A stretch of DNA of 64,000 bases from the NCBI GenBank assembly GCA_030390025.1, contig CM059425.1:177880001-177944000 (forward strand), written 5' to 3'. The notes below the pieces were generated by a model, which saw only the letters and a program-made list of their open reading frames with translations, did not search any database and was not told the origin of the DNA. The position numbers were made by a program, and so were the translations under genes. This stretch comes from Squalus acanthias (taxonomy: Eukaryota). Shown in pieces: positions 51,220 to 62,322 of this stretch (its first letter is position 1; every line of letters begins with the position of its first letter).

Positions 51220-52170
51220 ATGGCAGCACAGCTCGGCCCCATGCCATGCTCCTCCTGCACTATGTGGGAAATTAGGGACACTTCCTGTGTCCCTGACGAC
51301 CATGTGTGCGGGAAGTGTATCCAGCTGCAGCTACTGACAGACCGCATTGCGGCGCTGGAGCTGCGAATGGATACATACTGGAGCATTCGCGATGCTGAGG
51401 ACATCGTGGATAGCACGTTTAGGGAGTTGGTCACACCGCAGGTAAAGGCTGCACAGGCAGGAAGGGAATGGGTGACCACCAGGCAGAGTAGTAGGCGCAG
51501 GCAGGTAGTGCAGGCGTCCCCTGTGGCTATCCCCCTTTCAAACAGATATACCACTTTGGATATTGTTGAGGGAGATGGCTTATCAGGGGAAGGCAGCAGC
51601 AACCAACTTCCTGGCACCATGGGTGGTCCTGCTGCACAGGACGGGAGGAAAAAGAGCGGGAGAGCTATAGTGATAGGGGATTCTATTGTAAGGGGACTAG
51701 ATAGGCGTTTCTGCGGCCGCAAACGAGACTCCAGGATGGTATGTTGCCTCCCTGGTGCAAGGGTCAAGGATGTCTCAGGGCGGCTGCAGGGCATTCTGGA
51801 GGGGGAGGGAGAACAGCCAGTTGTCGTGGTGCATATAGGTACCAACAATATAGGTAAAAAACAGGATGAGGTCCTGAAAGCTGAATATAGGGAGTTAGGA
51901 GGTAAATTAAAAAATAGGACCTCAAAGGTAGTAATCTCAGGATTGCTACCAGTGCCACGTGCTAGTCAGAGTAGAAATAGAAGGATATTTCAGATGAATA
52001 CGTGGCTAGAGGAATGGTGCAAGGGGGAGGGATTCAAATTCCTGGGACATTGGAACCGGTTCAGCGGGAGGTGGGACCAGTACAAACTGGATGGTTTGCA
52101 CCTGGGCAGGACCAGAACCGATGTCGGAGGGGGAGTGTTTGCTGGTGCTGTTGGGGAGGGTTTAAACTAA
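51220..52170 (+). CDS. Uninterrupted CR1 ORF1 (Cys/His finger, coiled coil, SGNH esterase)
   Basis: CSSC..HVCGKC, GDS, GTNN and DGLH motifs all present. Confidence 0.92.
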   Translation: MAAQLGPMPCSSCTMWEIRDTSCVPDDHVCGKCIQLQLLTDRIAALELRMDTYWSIRDAEDIVDSTFRELVTPQVKAAQAGREWVTTRQSSRRRQVVQASPVAIPLSNRYTTLDIVEGDGLSGEGSSNQLPGTMGGPAAQDGRKKSGRAIVIGDSIVRGLDRRFCGRKRDSRMVCCLPGARVKDVSGRLQGILEGEGEQPVVVVHIGTNNIGKKQDEVLKAEYRELGGKLKNRTSKVVISGLLPVPRASQSRNRRIFQMNTWLEEWCKGEGFKFLGHWNRFSGRWDQYKLDGLHLGRTRTDVGGGVFAGAVGEGLN

Positions 52171-54713
52171 AATGGCAGGGGGTTGGGAAGCTGTGCAGGG
52201 AGACAGAGGAAAGGGAAGCAAGGATAGAAACAAAAGACAGGAAGGAGAAAAGCAAAAGTGGAAGGCAGGGAAATCAAGGATGTAAATCAAACAGGGCCAC
52301 AGTAAATAATAATTCTAAAAGGACTAAGAGTGTTAAAAAATCAAGCCTGAAGGCTTTGTGTCTTAATGCGAGGAGCATTCGTAATAAGATGGATGAATTA
52401 GCTGTGCAAATAGATGTAAACTGATATGATATAATTGGGATTACGGAGACATGGCTCCAGGGTGACCAAGATTGAGAATTCAACATCCAGGGTATTCAAT
52501 ATTCAGGAAGGACAGGAAAAAAGGAAAAGGAGGTGGGGTAGCATTGCTGGTTAAAGAGGATATTAACACAATAGTAAGGAAGGATATTAGCTCTGATGAT
52601 CTGGAATCTGTATGGGCAGAGCTGAGAAATACCAAGGGGCAGAAAACGTTAGTGGGAGTTGTATACAGACCCTCAAACAGTAATGCTGAGGTTGGGGATG
52701 GCATTAAACGGGAAATTAGAGACACATGCAATAAGGGCACAGCAGTTATCATGGGTAACTTTAATCTACATACAGATTGGGCTAATCAAATTAGTAACAA
52801 TACTGTGGAGGAGGAATTCATAGAGTGTGTACAGGATGGTTTCCTGGACCAATATGTCAAGGAACCAACTAGAGATCAGGCCATCTTAGACTGGGTATTA
52901 TGTAATGAGAAAGGATTAATTAGCAATCTTGTTGTGCGAGGCCCCTTGGGGAGGAGCGATCATAATATGATAGAATTCTTCATTAAGATGGAGAGTGAAG
53001 TAGTTGACTCAGAGACTAGGGTCCTGAATTTAAATAAAGGAAACTACGATGGTATGAGTCATGGGTTGGCTAGGATGGATTGGGGAACGTTACTTAAAGG
53101 GTTGACGGTGGATAGGCAATGGCAAACATTTAAAGATTGCATGGATGAACTACAGAATTTGTTCATCCCTGTTTGGCATAAAAATAAAACAAAAAAGGTG
53201 ACTCAACCATGGCTAACAAGGGAAATTAGGGATAGCATAAGATCCAAGGAGAGGACATATAATTTGGCCAGAAAAAGCAGCAAACCTGAGCATTGGGAGC
53301 AGTTTAGGATTCAGCAAAGGAGGACAAAGGGATTAATTAAGAGGGGGGAAATAGATTATGAGTAAGCTTTCAGGGAACATAAAAACTGACTGTAAAAGCT
53401 TCGATAGATATGTGAAGAGAAAAAGATTGGTGAAGTCAAGCATAGGTCCCTTGCAGTCAGAATCAGGGGAATTCATAATGGGGAACAAAGAAATGGCAGA
53501 CCAATTAAATACATACTTTGGTTCTGTCTTCACAAAGGAGGACACAAATAACCTCCCAGAGATGTCGGGGAACATAGGGTCTAATGAAAGGGAGGAATTG
53601 AATGAAATCAGTATTTGTAGGGAAATGGTGTTAGGGAAATTGACGGGATTGAAGGCCGATAAATCCCCAGGGCCTGATAATCTACATCCTAGGGTACTTA
53701 AGGAAGTGGCCCTAGAAATAGTAGATGCATTGCTGGTCATCTTCCAAAATTCTATAGACTCTGGAACAGTTCCCATGGATTGGAGGATAGCTAATGTAAC
53801 CCCACTATTTAAAAAAGATGGTAGAGAGAAAACGGGGAATTATAGACCGGCAAGCCTGACATCGGTAGAGGGGAAAATGCTAGAGTCCATTATAAAAGAT
53901 GTAATAGCAGAGCACTTGGAAAACAGTGACAGGATCGGACAAAGTCAACATGGATTTACAAAAGGTAAATCATGCTTGACTAATCTACTGGAATTTTTAG
54001 AGGATGTAACTGGTAGAATGGATAAGGGAGAACCAGTGGGTGTGGTGTATTTGGACTTTCAGAAGGCTTTCGATAAGGTCCCACATAAGAGATTAGCATG
54101 CAAAGTTAAAGCACATGGGATTGGGGGTAAGGTACTGTCTTGGATAGAGAACTGGTTGGCAGACAAGAAGCAAAGAGTTGGAATAAACGGGTCTTTTTCC
54201 AAGTGGCAGGCAGTGACTAGTGGGGTACCGCAGGGATCGGTGCTAGGACCCCAGCTATTCACGATATATATAAATGATCTAGACGAGGGAACTAGATGTA
54301 ATATTTCCAAGTTTGCAGACAACACAAAGCTGGGTGGGCGTGTGTGCTGTGAGGAGGATGCAGAGAAACTCCAGTATGATTTGGACAGGTTGGGTGATTG
54401 GGCAGATGCATGGCAAATGCAGTATAATGTGGATAAATGCGAGGTTATCCACTTTGGTGTCAAAAACAGGAAGGCAGATTATTATCTGAATGGCAATAGA
54501 TTGGGAAAAGGGGAAGTGCAACGAGACCTGGGTGTCCTTGTGCACCAGTCGCTGAAGGTAAGCATGCAGGTGCAGCAGGCGGTTCAGAAGGCAAATGGTA
54601 TGTTGGCCTTCATAGCAAGAGTACTCGAGTACAGGAGCAAGGATATCTTGCTGCAGTTGTACAGGGCCTTGGTGAGACCACACCTTGAGTATTGTGTGCA
54701 GTTTTGGTCACCT
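52161..54713 (+). pseudogene. CR1 ORF2 (APE + RT), few lesions
   Basis: ORFs 52002-52424, 52472-53365 and 53358-54749. Confidence 0.92.
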
Positions 54714-56393
54714 TGTGAAGGAATAGCCAGGATTCTGAAAAATACATGATACTAAAAACAGATTTCTGAAATTATTAATAAATGACATACTGGGTTTAAA
54801 TGACATAAGCCTTAGCAGACACAGGCTGCAAACAGAATACAGGCTTCTGAGATAAGATGGTTTGTTAACACAAAGCTGTGAACACAAGCTTTGATATGGG
54901 AATGGGATATTGACAAAGACAATGCCCTATTGAAGCAAACCATTGGGAGGTTCCTCTATGTCTAGAGTTTGGGAGAAAAACAATGGAATGACCCAAGTAA
55001 AGTGTTATAATCTCACACGTCGAACAGATGCACAGAACATTAAAAAAACGAAGTGCCTTTGGAAAAATGACATCAAGTAAGAAATACCTGTCGTAAAATA
55101 GTTTTATGTTAAACTTAAAGACAGGAAACACGATTAAATATGCAACCAATTGAGATAGCTAGAAAACAAGTAAACACTGAGTTAAAGTGTTTTCAATTTA
55201 CATATTGTAAATATGATACCTACAGAAGGCTTTGAAGAAATGACATCAAGTAAAAGAAACGCCTGCTGAACAAATAGTTTTAATGTTAAGCTTGAAATAT
55301 GGAGTCCCGAGGTCTGATAAAAACCAATTGAAGTAAATAAGAAATGTATGGAACACCCTAGATAAAGTATTTACAAGTTGTAAAAGGTACACAAACAAGA
55401 CGACTTTGAAAATATTACTTCAATGGATGCACGTAGCAATTACATTGTTCTTGTATTGAACTTGGAATACCACGGAGTCACAACATCTGATAATAACCAG
55501 TTAAAGTAGTATTAGAATTGAATAGAAAGACTTCGATAAGAATTGCGTCAAACAGAAACCATTGCTGTCATTGTGTTTATGATGGTTTTTGAAACATATA
55601 AGGTAGAGACATAATTATGCATGCAATGGCTAAATTGACAGTAAAGACAGAAAGCATTCAACAGAGATATCAATAAAGAATAGAACAAAGTCAGCAAAGA
55701 ATGACTTGATACAATTAAGCTTACATCATCAGGAAAACTTCAAAGGATAAACCACCAAAAAAGATATAAAAATAGACCTTTTCAAACAGAAAGTCAGAAG
55801 TCGCTGGGAAGACAAGCGTTTCTTAACTTTACAGACATTCTCTGTAAGTTTACAACTTTTGAGTCTCGGGTAATCAAGGTATTTGATTTTGGTGGATATT
55901 CTGGATTAAGAAATAAGTAGAAGTGTGGAAATGTAACGAAGTTAAGATTTGAGAATAAGGATCTCTGATAAGAAATGTAAGCTATTTGTGTTTTGAATGA
56001 TTAAAGTTGCGATTGCCATAATAAATGTTATCTAAATGTCGGTTCGTTAATAAATCTATATATTTTTAGAATTATCTCAAAGAGTATTTCTGTATCATCT
56101 TGCGAACTCAATTTCTGTACACTCAAAGGAGTTGCAGAATTCTGGGGGGTATTCCGGACCCTCATAATATCCGGAAGGTTACAGTCTAGTTAAACTTATT
56201 AAAAGTACTATCCGGAGGACGGTAACATCTTTAGACCATTTCTTTCCTGTAGGGAGAGATAGTCTGACCTTTAGACCCAATTAAGCATCTTATAGGATCC
56301 GGCTACCGCAAACTTTAGTTGAAGGTAAACGTCTGGGGAATACGCCTGATCTGAGGTAGTCCGAAAGGGCTGGGACTTGTAATTAACCCTTCA
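54714..56393 (+). mobile_element. 1.68-kb solo LTR (retroviral or Gypsy)
   Basis: TG...CA ends with TGAAGG/CCTTCA inverted termini; 4-bp TSD ACCT/GCCT (one CpG transition); TATAAAAA at 55765; AATAAA at 56020 and 56049; no ORF. Confidence 0.82.
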
Positions 56394-58564
56394 GCCTTAT
56401 CTGAGGAATGATGTTCTTGCCATGGAGAGAGTGCAGCGAAGATTCACCAGACTGATACCTGGGATGGCAGGATGAAAGAGTCATGGCAACTTCCACAGAA
56501 CTTGGCGCAAACATGCAAGAACTCCTTCTTGTGGTTACACACCAGCTGAATGTTGAGGGAGTGGAAGCCCTTTCGGTTGACAAAGATAGCTGGGTTGTGA
56601 TGGGGTGTCCTAAGGGCCACATGTGTGCAGTCTATGACACCCTGCACCATTGGCATTCCTGCCATATTTGCAAAGCCAACCAAATGCATGGTTATACTTG
56701 CTTGATCCTTGTGAACTGGATGTAATTGTGGGCCTCAGCAAAAAGGGCAACTGCGGGCGGCTGGCTGGGAGATGCCACTGATGTCTGCTGATGATTCCTG
56801 GAAGGAGCCTGATGCAAAGAAGTTGAGTGCGGTGGGGACTTTGACAGCCACTGGTAAGGGGTGTCCACCTGTTCCTCTGGGCACCAGGTCTTGCTGCAGC
56901 AGTCAGCAGATCTCTCGGACAACCTCTCGCGAAAGTCTCAGCCTCCTTTGGCACTGCTGCTCACTCATGTTGAGGTAGCTCATTCTTTGTCTGCAAACCC
57001 TCTGTCGGGGGTATCTCCTGCGGCGAGGTGCCTCGATGCGCTGGCGCCTTCTGACCTGTGCAGCATCAGGTGGCTGAGCAGGAGGTTGGGGCTCCTGCTG
57101 CTGTTACTTCTGAGCTGCCTGGTTCTGCTGCTGCCCTGGATGGTCCTCATCCTCATCTGAGGTCCATGCAGAAAGAAAACGAATGGTTCCCATGCTGCTT
57201 GCAGATGCCTCCTTTGGGGAAGCGCTCATTGCAAGCGGGGAGAGGGTCTTCCAAGGTGGTCCCACAGTTGATGGAGTCAAGCTGCAGCACCTCTGACTTC
57301 AGAAGGCCTTCTAAAAGTGTTCAGAGACCTTTTAAAGCCAAGGTCTGGCACTTGCAAGTAATCCTTGCTGCAATAAACGATGTCTTGTTAGACCTGCAGC
57401 TGTGAGGAGGCCACCCACAAGTCAACCCGCCAGGTTTACCTGGCATGGTTCAGGAGGTGTGTGGAGCATGCCAAAATTGTCGAAAAATCACGAGGGCCTC
57501 TCAAAATAGGCTTGGAGAGGCTCTTAACGAGCATTTAATGATGACAAGTATCGCTATGGCCAGCTGGAGGCGGGAGCGTTTCTCGACCTCCAAAACCAGC
57601 ATCGGCAAAATCCCGCTGAGGCGGGTTGGAGGCGGGTTCCGAACCCGACCTCATTGAATCTGATTTTCCCGCCTTTCCCGCCTCCAAACCCGCCTCCTCT
57701 GATGGCAGAAAATCGCCCTATGACTCTATGAGGGTGTGAGGGGGTTGAACAGGCAGGTGTGAAGTAACTTTATTTGGTGGTTCAACCTTTATTTAATGAA
57801 AGTTCTGGGCTCTCATTTGTGTTGTCCTTGCTCTGGCTGCTGGCTCTCCTGTTCCACTTCCTCTCCTTTTTGTACATGCTACTTGTGCTGTCGAGATAGC
57901 TATGTAAGGACCTTCTTGATCTGTAGACCCTGTGACTGAGTGTCTATGTTTCGGGAAGAAACACCTTCAGTGATGCCTGATTCTAAGAGCCTCCAACCTA
58001 TTTCCATTGAGAAATCCACATTGAGTGCAAAGCAATTCTTTTAGCAGAGCTGAGTTAAAGCAGACAAGTTCTGACTCAACCCTCAAATTACTAAAAAGGA
58101 TAGCTATGAAGGCAAAGACATTAACCTTCAGTAGCAGCACACAAAAGGGCCTCCTCAAAGTGGCATCCACCTCAGAGATACCTTCCAGCAGCTCTGACCA
58201 CCACTGATATAGTGGCAGTAATTATTTGCAGCAGAAATGGAGGGGTATAGGGCAGAGCGGTTAGCAATGCCCCCTTGACCCCATTTAAATGTGGTGGAGT
58301 GGCTTTTGAAAAGCCTTAAAGAGAACTGGTGTATTTTTGGGAGGGAAATGCAGGTGGTGTTGTTTATGAGATAGATTTGAGGCAGTAGTCTTTAAGATCA
58401 CATTTCACTCTGTTTACCACACCAAATCTGCCCAAAGTAGGCAGAATAGGAGAATTCATACACCACTGGCAACAAACTGAAATGGCTGCCACAAGTTAGC
58501 ATTTATGTTCTGACAAAGATTGACTTAGATCTCAGCTTACCCGCACAAGCAGCAGTACAGTTTT

Positions 58565-58865
58565 TTAAAATTTATTCGTTCATGGGATGTGGGCATCGCT
58601 GGCAAGGCCGGCATTTATTGCCCATCCCTAATTGCTCTCGAGAAGGTGGTGGTGAGCCGCCTTCTTGAACCGCTGCAGTCCTGTGGTGAAGGTACTCCCA
58701 CAGTGCTGATTTTGTTGCAGCGGTTTGTTACAACAGAGTAGCTTGCTCGGCCATTTCAGAGGGCAGTTAAGAGCCAACCACATTGCTGTGGGTCTGGAGT
58801 CACATATAGGCCAGACTGGGTAAGGATGGCAGGTTTCCTTCCCTAAAAGACATTAGTGAACCAGA
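58565..58865 (-). mobile_element. Probable SINE body carrying the family B LINE 3' tail (head not visible)
   Basis: 58575-58708 matches family B ends, then switches to unrelated non-coding sequence. Confidence 0.55.
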
Positions 58866-60120
58866 GAACAAAGGGGAAGGTCTGTGATAGCGTGGAAGGC
58901 CGGAGAGATTAAATGACAAAAGGTATGATTTTACAAAGCAAAAGGAGATGGTAATGGGACAAGTAAAGAAACAAAAGATGACTCTAGAAGAGGTGTAAAT
59001 GGGAATGGCAGAATTATCAATAGCTGCCATCTGAAAAAATGGGGACAGAGGTTATGGTCTGAAGTTGATGAACTCGATGTTGAGTCCAGAAGGCTGTAAA
59101 GTACCGAATCAAAAGATGAGGTGCTGTTCCTTGAGCTTACGTTGAGCTTCGTTGGAGCAGTGTAAGAGGCCGAGGACAAAGAGGTCAGAGTGGAAGTGGG
59201 GCAGAGAATTAAAGTGACAGCGACTGGAAGCTCAGGGTCACACTTGCGGACTGAATGGAGGTGTTCCGCAAAGTGGTCACCCAATCTGCGTTTGGTCTCT
59301 CCAATGTAGAGGAGGCCGCATCGTGAGCAGCGAATACAGTATACTAAATTGCAAGAAGTACAAGTAAATCGCTGTTTCACCTGGAAGGAGTGTTTGGGCT
59401 ATGGACAGAGGGAAGGGAGGAGGTAAAAGGGCAGGTGTTGCATTTCCTGTGCTTGCACGGGAAGGTACCGTGGGAAGGGGAAGGGGTATTAGGGTGATTG
59501 AGGAGTGGACCAGGGTGTCGCGGAGGGAGTGGTCCCTTCAGAATGCTGAAAGGGGAGGGGAAGATGTGTTTGGTGGTGGGATCACGCTGGCGGTGGCAGA
59601 AATGGCGGAGAATGGTCCGTTGAATTTGAAGGCTGGTGGGATGAAAGGCGAGGACAAGGGGAACCCTATCATGGTTCTGGGAGGGAGGGGAAGGGGTGAG
59701 AGCAGAAGTGCGGGAAATGGAATGGACATGGTCGAGGGCCATGTCAACCACGGTAGAGGGGAATCCTTGGTTGAGGAAAAAGGAAGACATATCGGAAGCA
59801 CTATTATGGAAGGTGGCATCGTCAGAACAGATGCGACAGAGACAGAGAAACTGGGAGAATGGAATAGAGTCCTTACAGGAAGCGGGGTGGGAGGAAGTGT
59901 AGTCCAGGTTGCTGTGGGATTCCGTGGGTTTATTGTGGATGTTGGTCGATAGCCTATTCCCAGAAATAGAGACAGAGAAGTCGAGGAAGGGAAGGGAAGA
60001 GTCGGAGATGGTCCATGTAAAGGTGAGGGAAGGGTGAAAATTGGAAGCAAAGGTAAGGACTCTATTCCATTCTCCCAGTTTCTCCGTCTCCACCTCATCT
60101 GTTCTGATGATGCCACCTTC
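58866..60120 (-). mobile_element. Penelope-like element (RT C-terminus + GIY-YIG endonuclease)
   Basis: LPFLD, NLVYCIRCSRCGLLYIGETKRRLGDHFAEH; short inverted segment at the 5' junction. Confidence 0.9.
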
Positions 60121-62322
60121 TGAGGTGGTGCAGTCTGCAGCCGGGCTTTCTAGGGCCAGAGCTGCTCGGGGTCAGCCTGCAAGGCCATCTGAGGTTTCCC
60201 CCATGAAAACTCAGCAGCCTTCCACCAGCCATGATGCAGCCACTGGGGGAGCACTTCGTCGGAGCACTAAGACAGGAAAGTGCACCCAAACGACAGGCAC
60301 TAAGGGACTGCACAAGGGCGATTAGTTCATATCATTAGTGTAAATATGTGGGAATTGATTTTTGATAAATTTATTAATTTTGTTTGGAATCTTTTGTGGT
60401 GTCTCTCATTTCAGCTTTGTGCTTAGGAGGATGCTGTGATAGTCTGTGACAGAGGGATGGTATGATCACCTGAAGCACAGATTTCAGTATGTGTCAGCTG
60501 TGGCTCAGTTGATTGCACTCGTGTCTCTGAGTCAGAAGGTTGTGGGTTCATAGTCCCACTCCAGAGACTTGAGCACAAAAATCTAGGTTGACAGTGGAGT
60601 GCTGCACTATTGGAGGTGCTGTCTTTTGGATGAGACGTTAAACCGAGGTCCCGTCTGCTCTCTCAGGTGGGCGTAAAAGATCCCATGGCAATATTTTGAA
60701 GAAGAGCAGGGGTTATCCCCAGAATCCTGGCCAATATTTATCCCTCAATCAACATCACAAAAAACAGATTATCTGGTCAGTATCACATTGCTGTTTGTGG
60801 GAGCTTGCTGTGTGTAAATTGCCTGCCGTGTTTCCTACATTACAACAGTGGCTACACTCCAAAATACTTCATTGGTTGTAAAGTGCTTTGGAACGTCCTG
60901 AGGTTGTGAAAGGCACTGTATAAATGCAAGTCTTTCTTTTTCCTTTTTTGATGGGGATGTGGCGAGCAACGGGGATCTGGGGTTTCATTCATTGGAATCG
61001 GAGTCTGATGAGGTGTTAATCGACAGCCGTCCGGCTGGGGACTTGGCTGCCTGTCTCCTCCCTCTCTCCTCTTCCCCTTGCTCCACTTCTTCTTCCGCCT
61101 CCTCCTCCTCCTCTCCCTCTTCCTCCTCCTGAGGTGGTCCCACAAAATCTGCTGGCAAGGGCAGCGCTCTCATGATGGCCAAGTTGTGAAGCATGCAACA
61201 GACCACCAACCAACATTAAGTGAGTGGTAGCCTTTGCGGTTACAGAAGATCACAGGATTGTTACATGGTGCCCGCAAAGCCACGTGCAGTCGGTGGCGCC
61301 CTGCACCATGGGGAGCCTGTTATCCTGGCAAAGCCACATGTGCGCTCGTCCTGTTTGTCTCTGCTCAGAGAGAAGACAACGTAGTCCCTTCTCCTGCTGT
61401 AGAGAGCCTCAGTGACCTCTCGGATGCAGCGATGGAGGGTGAACTGTGAGATGTTTGCTATGTCTCCTGCTGCAGACTGGAAGGATCCTCTGGTGAAGAA
61501 ATTGAGGGCCACAGTGATCCTGACTGCTACTGGGAGAGCCATGGTTACCCTGCTCTCAGGCTGCAGGTCTTATTGCAGGAGGCGGCAGAGTTATGTGACC
61601 ACTTCTTTGGTGAAGCGTAGTCTCCTAATACACTACTCCTCGCTTAATAGATATAAGAGAAGTGCTCTTGGAAGACCCTAAGTGGGTAAGGCCTCATGTT
61701 GAAAGCCCTCCTGGCCCTCCTCCTCCTCCCTCTCCCCTTCTTTGCTGCCTCTACTCCTTCTCCTGAAGATACTCGAGCGCAAGGGGGACTGCCTGTAGAG
61801 ACCCCATGACTGTGAGCAAATGCTATGAGCGGGAGCCTTTAAATAATAATGAAGGCCTTCTCCACTTGGAACAACTGTGAGATATTCCTTGTTACCTTAG
61901 AAACTTGAAAGAAGTTAATAAAGCTGCTGGAGTTGCAGAAAGTTTCACAGAGCCAGTCAAACTGCAGAAACACGTCAGGTGCAAGTTGTTGCTGATGATC
62001 CCTTTAAATACTGCTGCTGGAGCCTCCTTCCTGCTTGTCAAAGTCTGCTCAGCTCGTCACTCTTAAGGCATGCCTGTAAGTTGAACAACAAACTCCAAAC
62101 TTGCAGATCGGGCATCAAGTGAACGTTGCACACTCACTGATGTCACGATCTACATCATTTCCATGATTTTACCGATCACTGATATCGGCAGCGCTGCTGG
62201 CCATCTGAAAATGGCGACCGCTGTGGGACCCGCCATAAGCTGGCAGAAGAGCGGCGGCCACCATTTTGTTTCACCTGAATCTGGCGGTAACGGGTGGCAC
62301 TAAACCCCCGAATTTCTAGGCC
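60121..62322 (-). mobile_element. Harbinger element (same family as 5222-8582), deleted
   Basis: Myb-gene 3' end 60121-60325 (+); transposase pieces 60950-61700 (-); terminus GAATTTCTAGGCC. Confidence 0.83.
60492..60945 (+). mobile_element. Near full-length tRNA-headed Deu-SINE (SacSINE1-like)
   Basis: A box TGGCTCAGTTG, B-box-like GGTTCATAGTCCC, Deu core GGATGAGACGTTAAACCGAGG, TTTC tail. Confidence 0.9.

Larger units (their letters stand above)
50945..56472 (+). mobile_element. CR1 LINE with 5' UTR and intact ORF1, interrupted by a solo LTR, 3' end missing
   Basis: ORF1 316 aa; ORF2 pieces 52161-54713; CR1 resumes (PYLRNDVLA) at 56395. Confidence 0.93.
50703..57718 (-). mobile_element. Harbinger element hosting a CR1 (itself hosting a solo LTR)
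   Basis: Termini GGGGACGATTTTCT / AGAAAATCGCCC with GGAGGCGGG subterminal repeats; transposase remnant 56473-57160 (IDCTH, RKGFHSLN). Pairing of the two ends is inferred. Confidence 0.6.

Noticed and set aside
56346..56372. Hammerhead-like CTGATCTGAGGTAGTCCGAAAG in the solo LTR
   Set aside because: The core is not CTGANGA and I could not build stems I and III.
57935..57975. Minus-strand CTGAAGG...CGAAAC hammerhead-like motif
   Set aside because: Core mismatch and no convincing stems; at most a decayed Penelope relic.
58025..58207. Possible host terminal exon (SRAELKQTSS...)
   Set aside because: Short, no recognisable homology, no partner exons.
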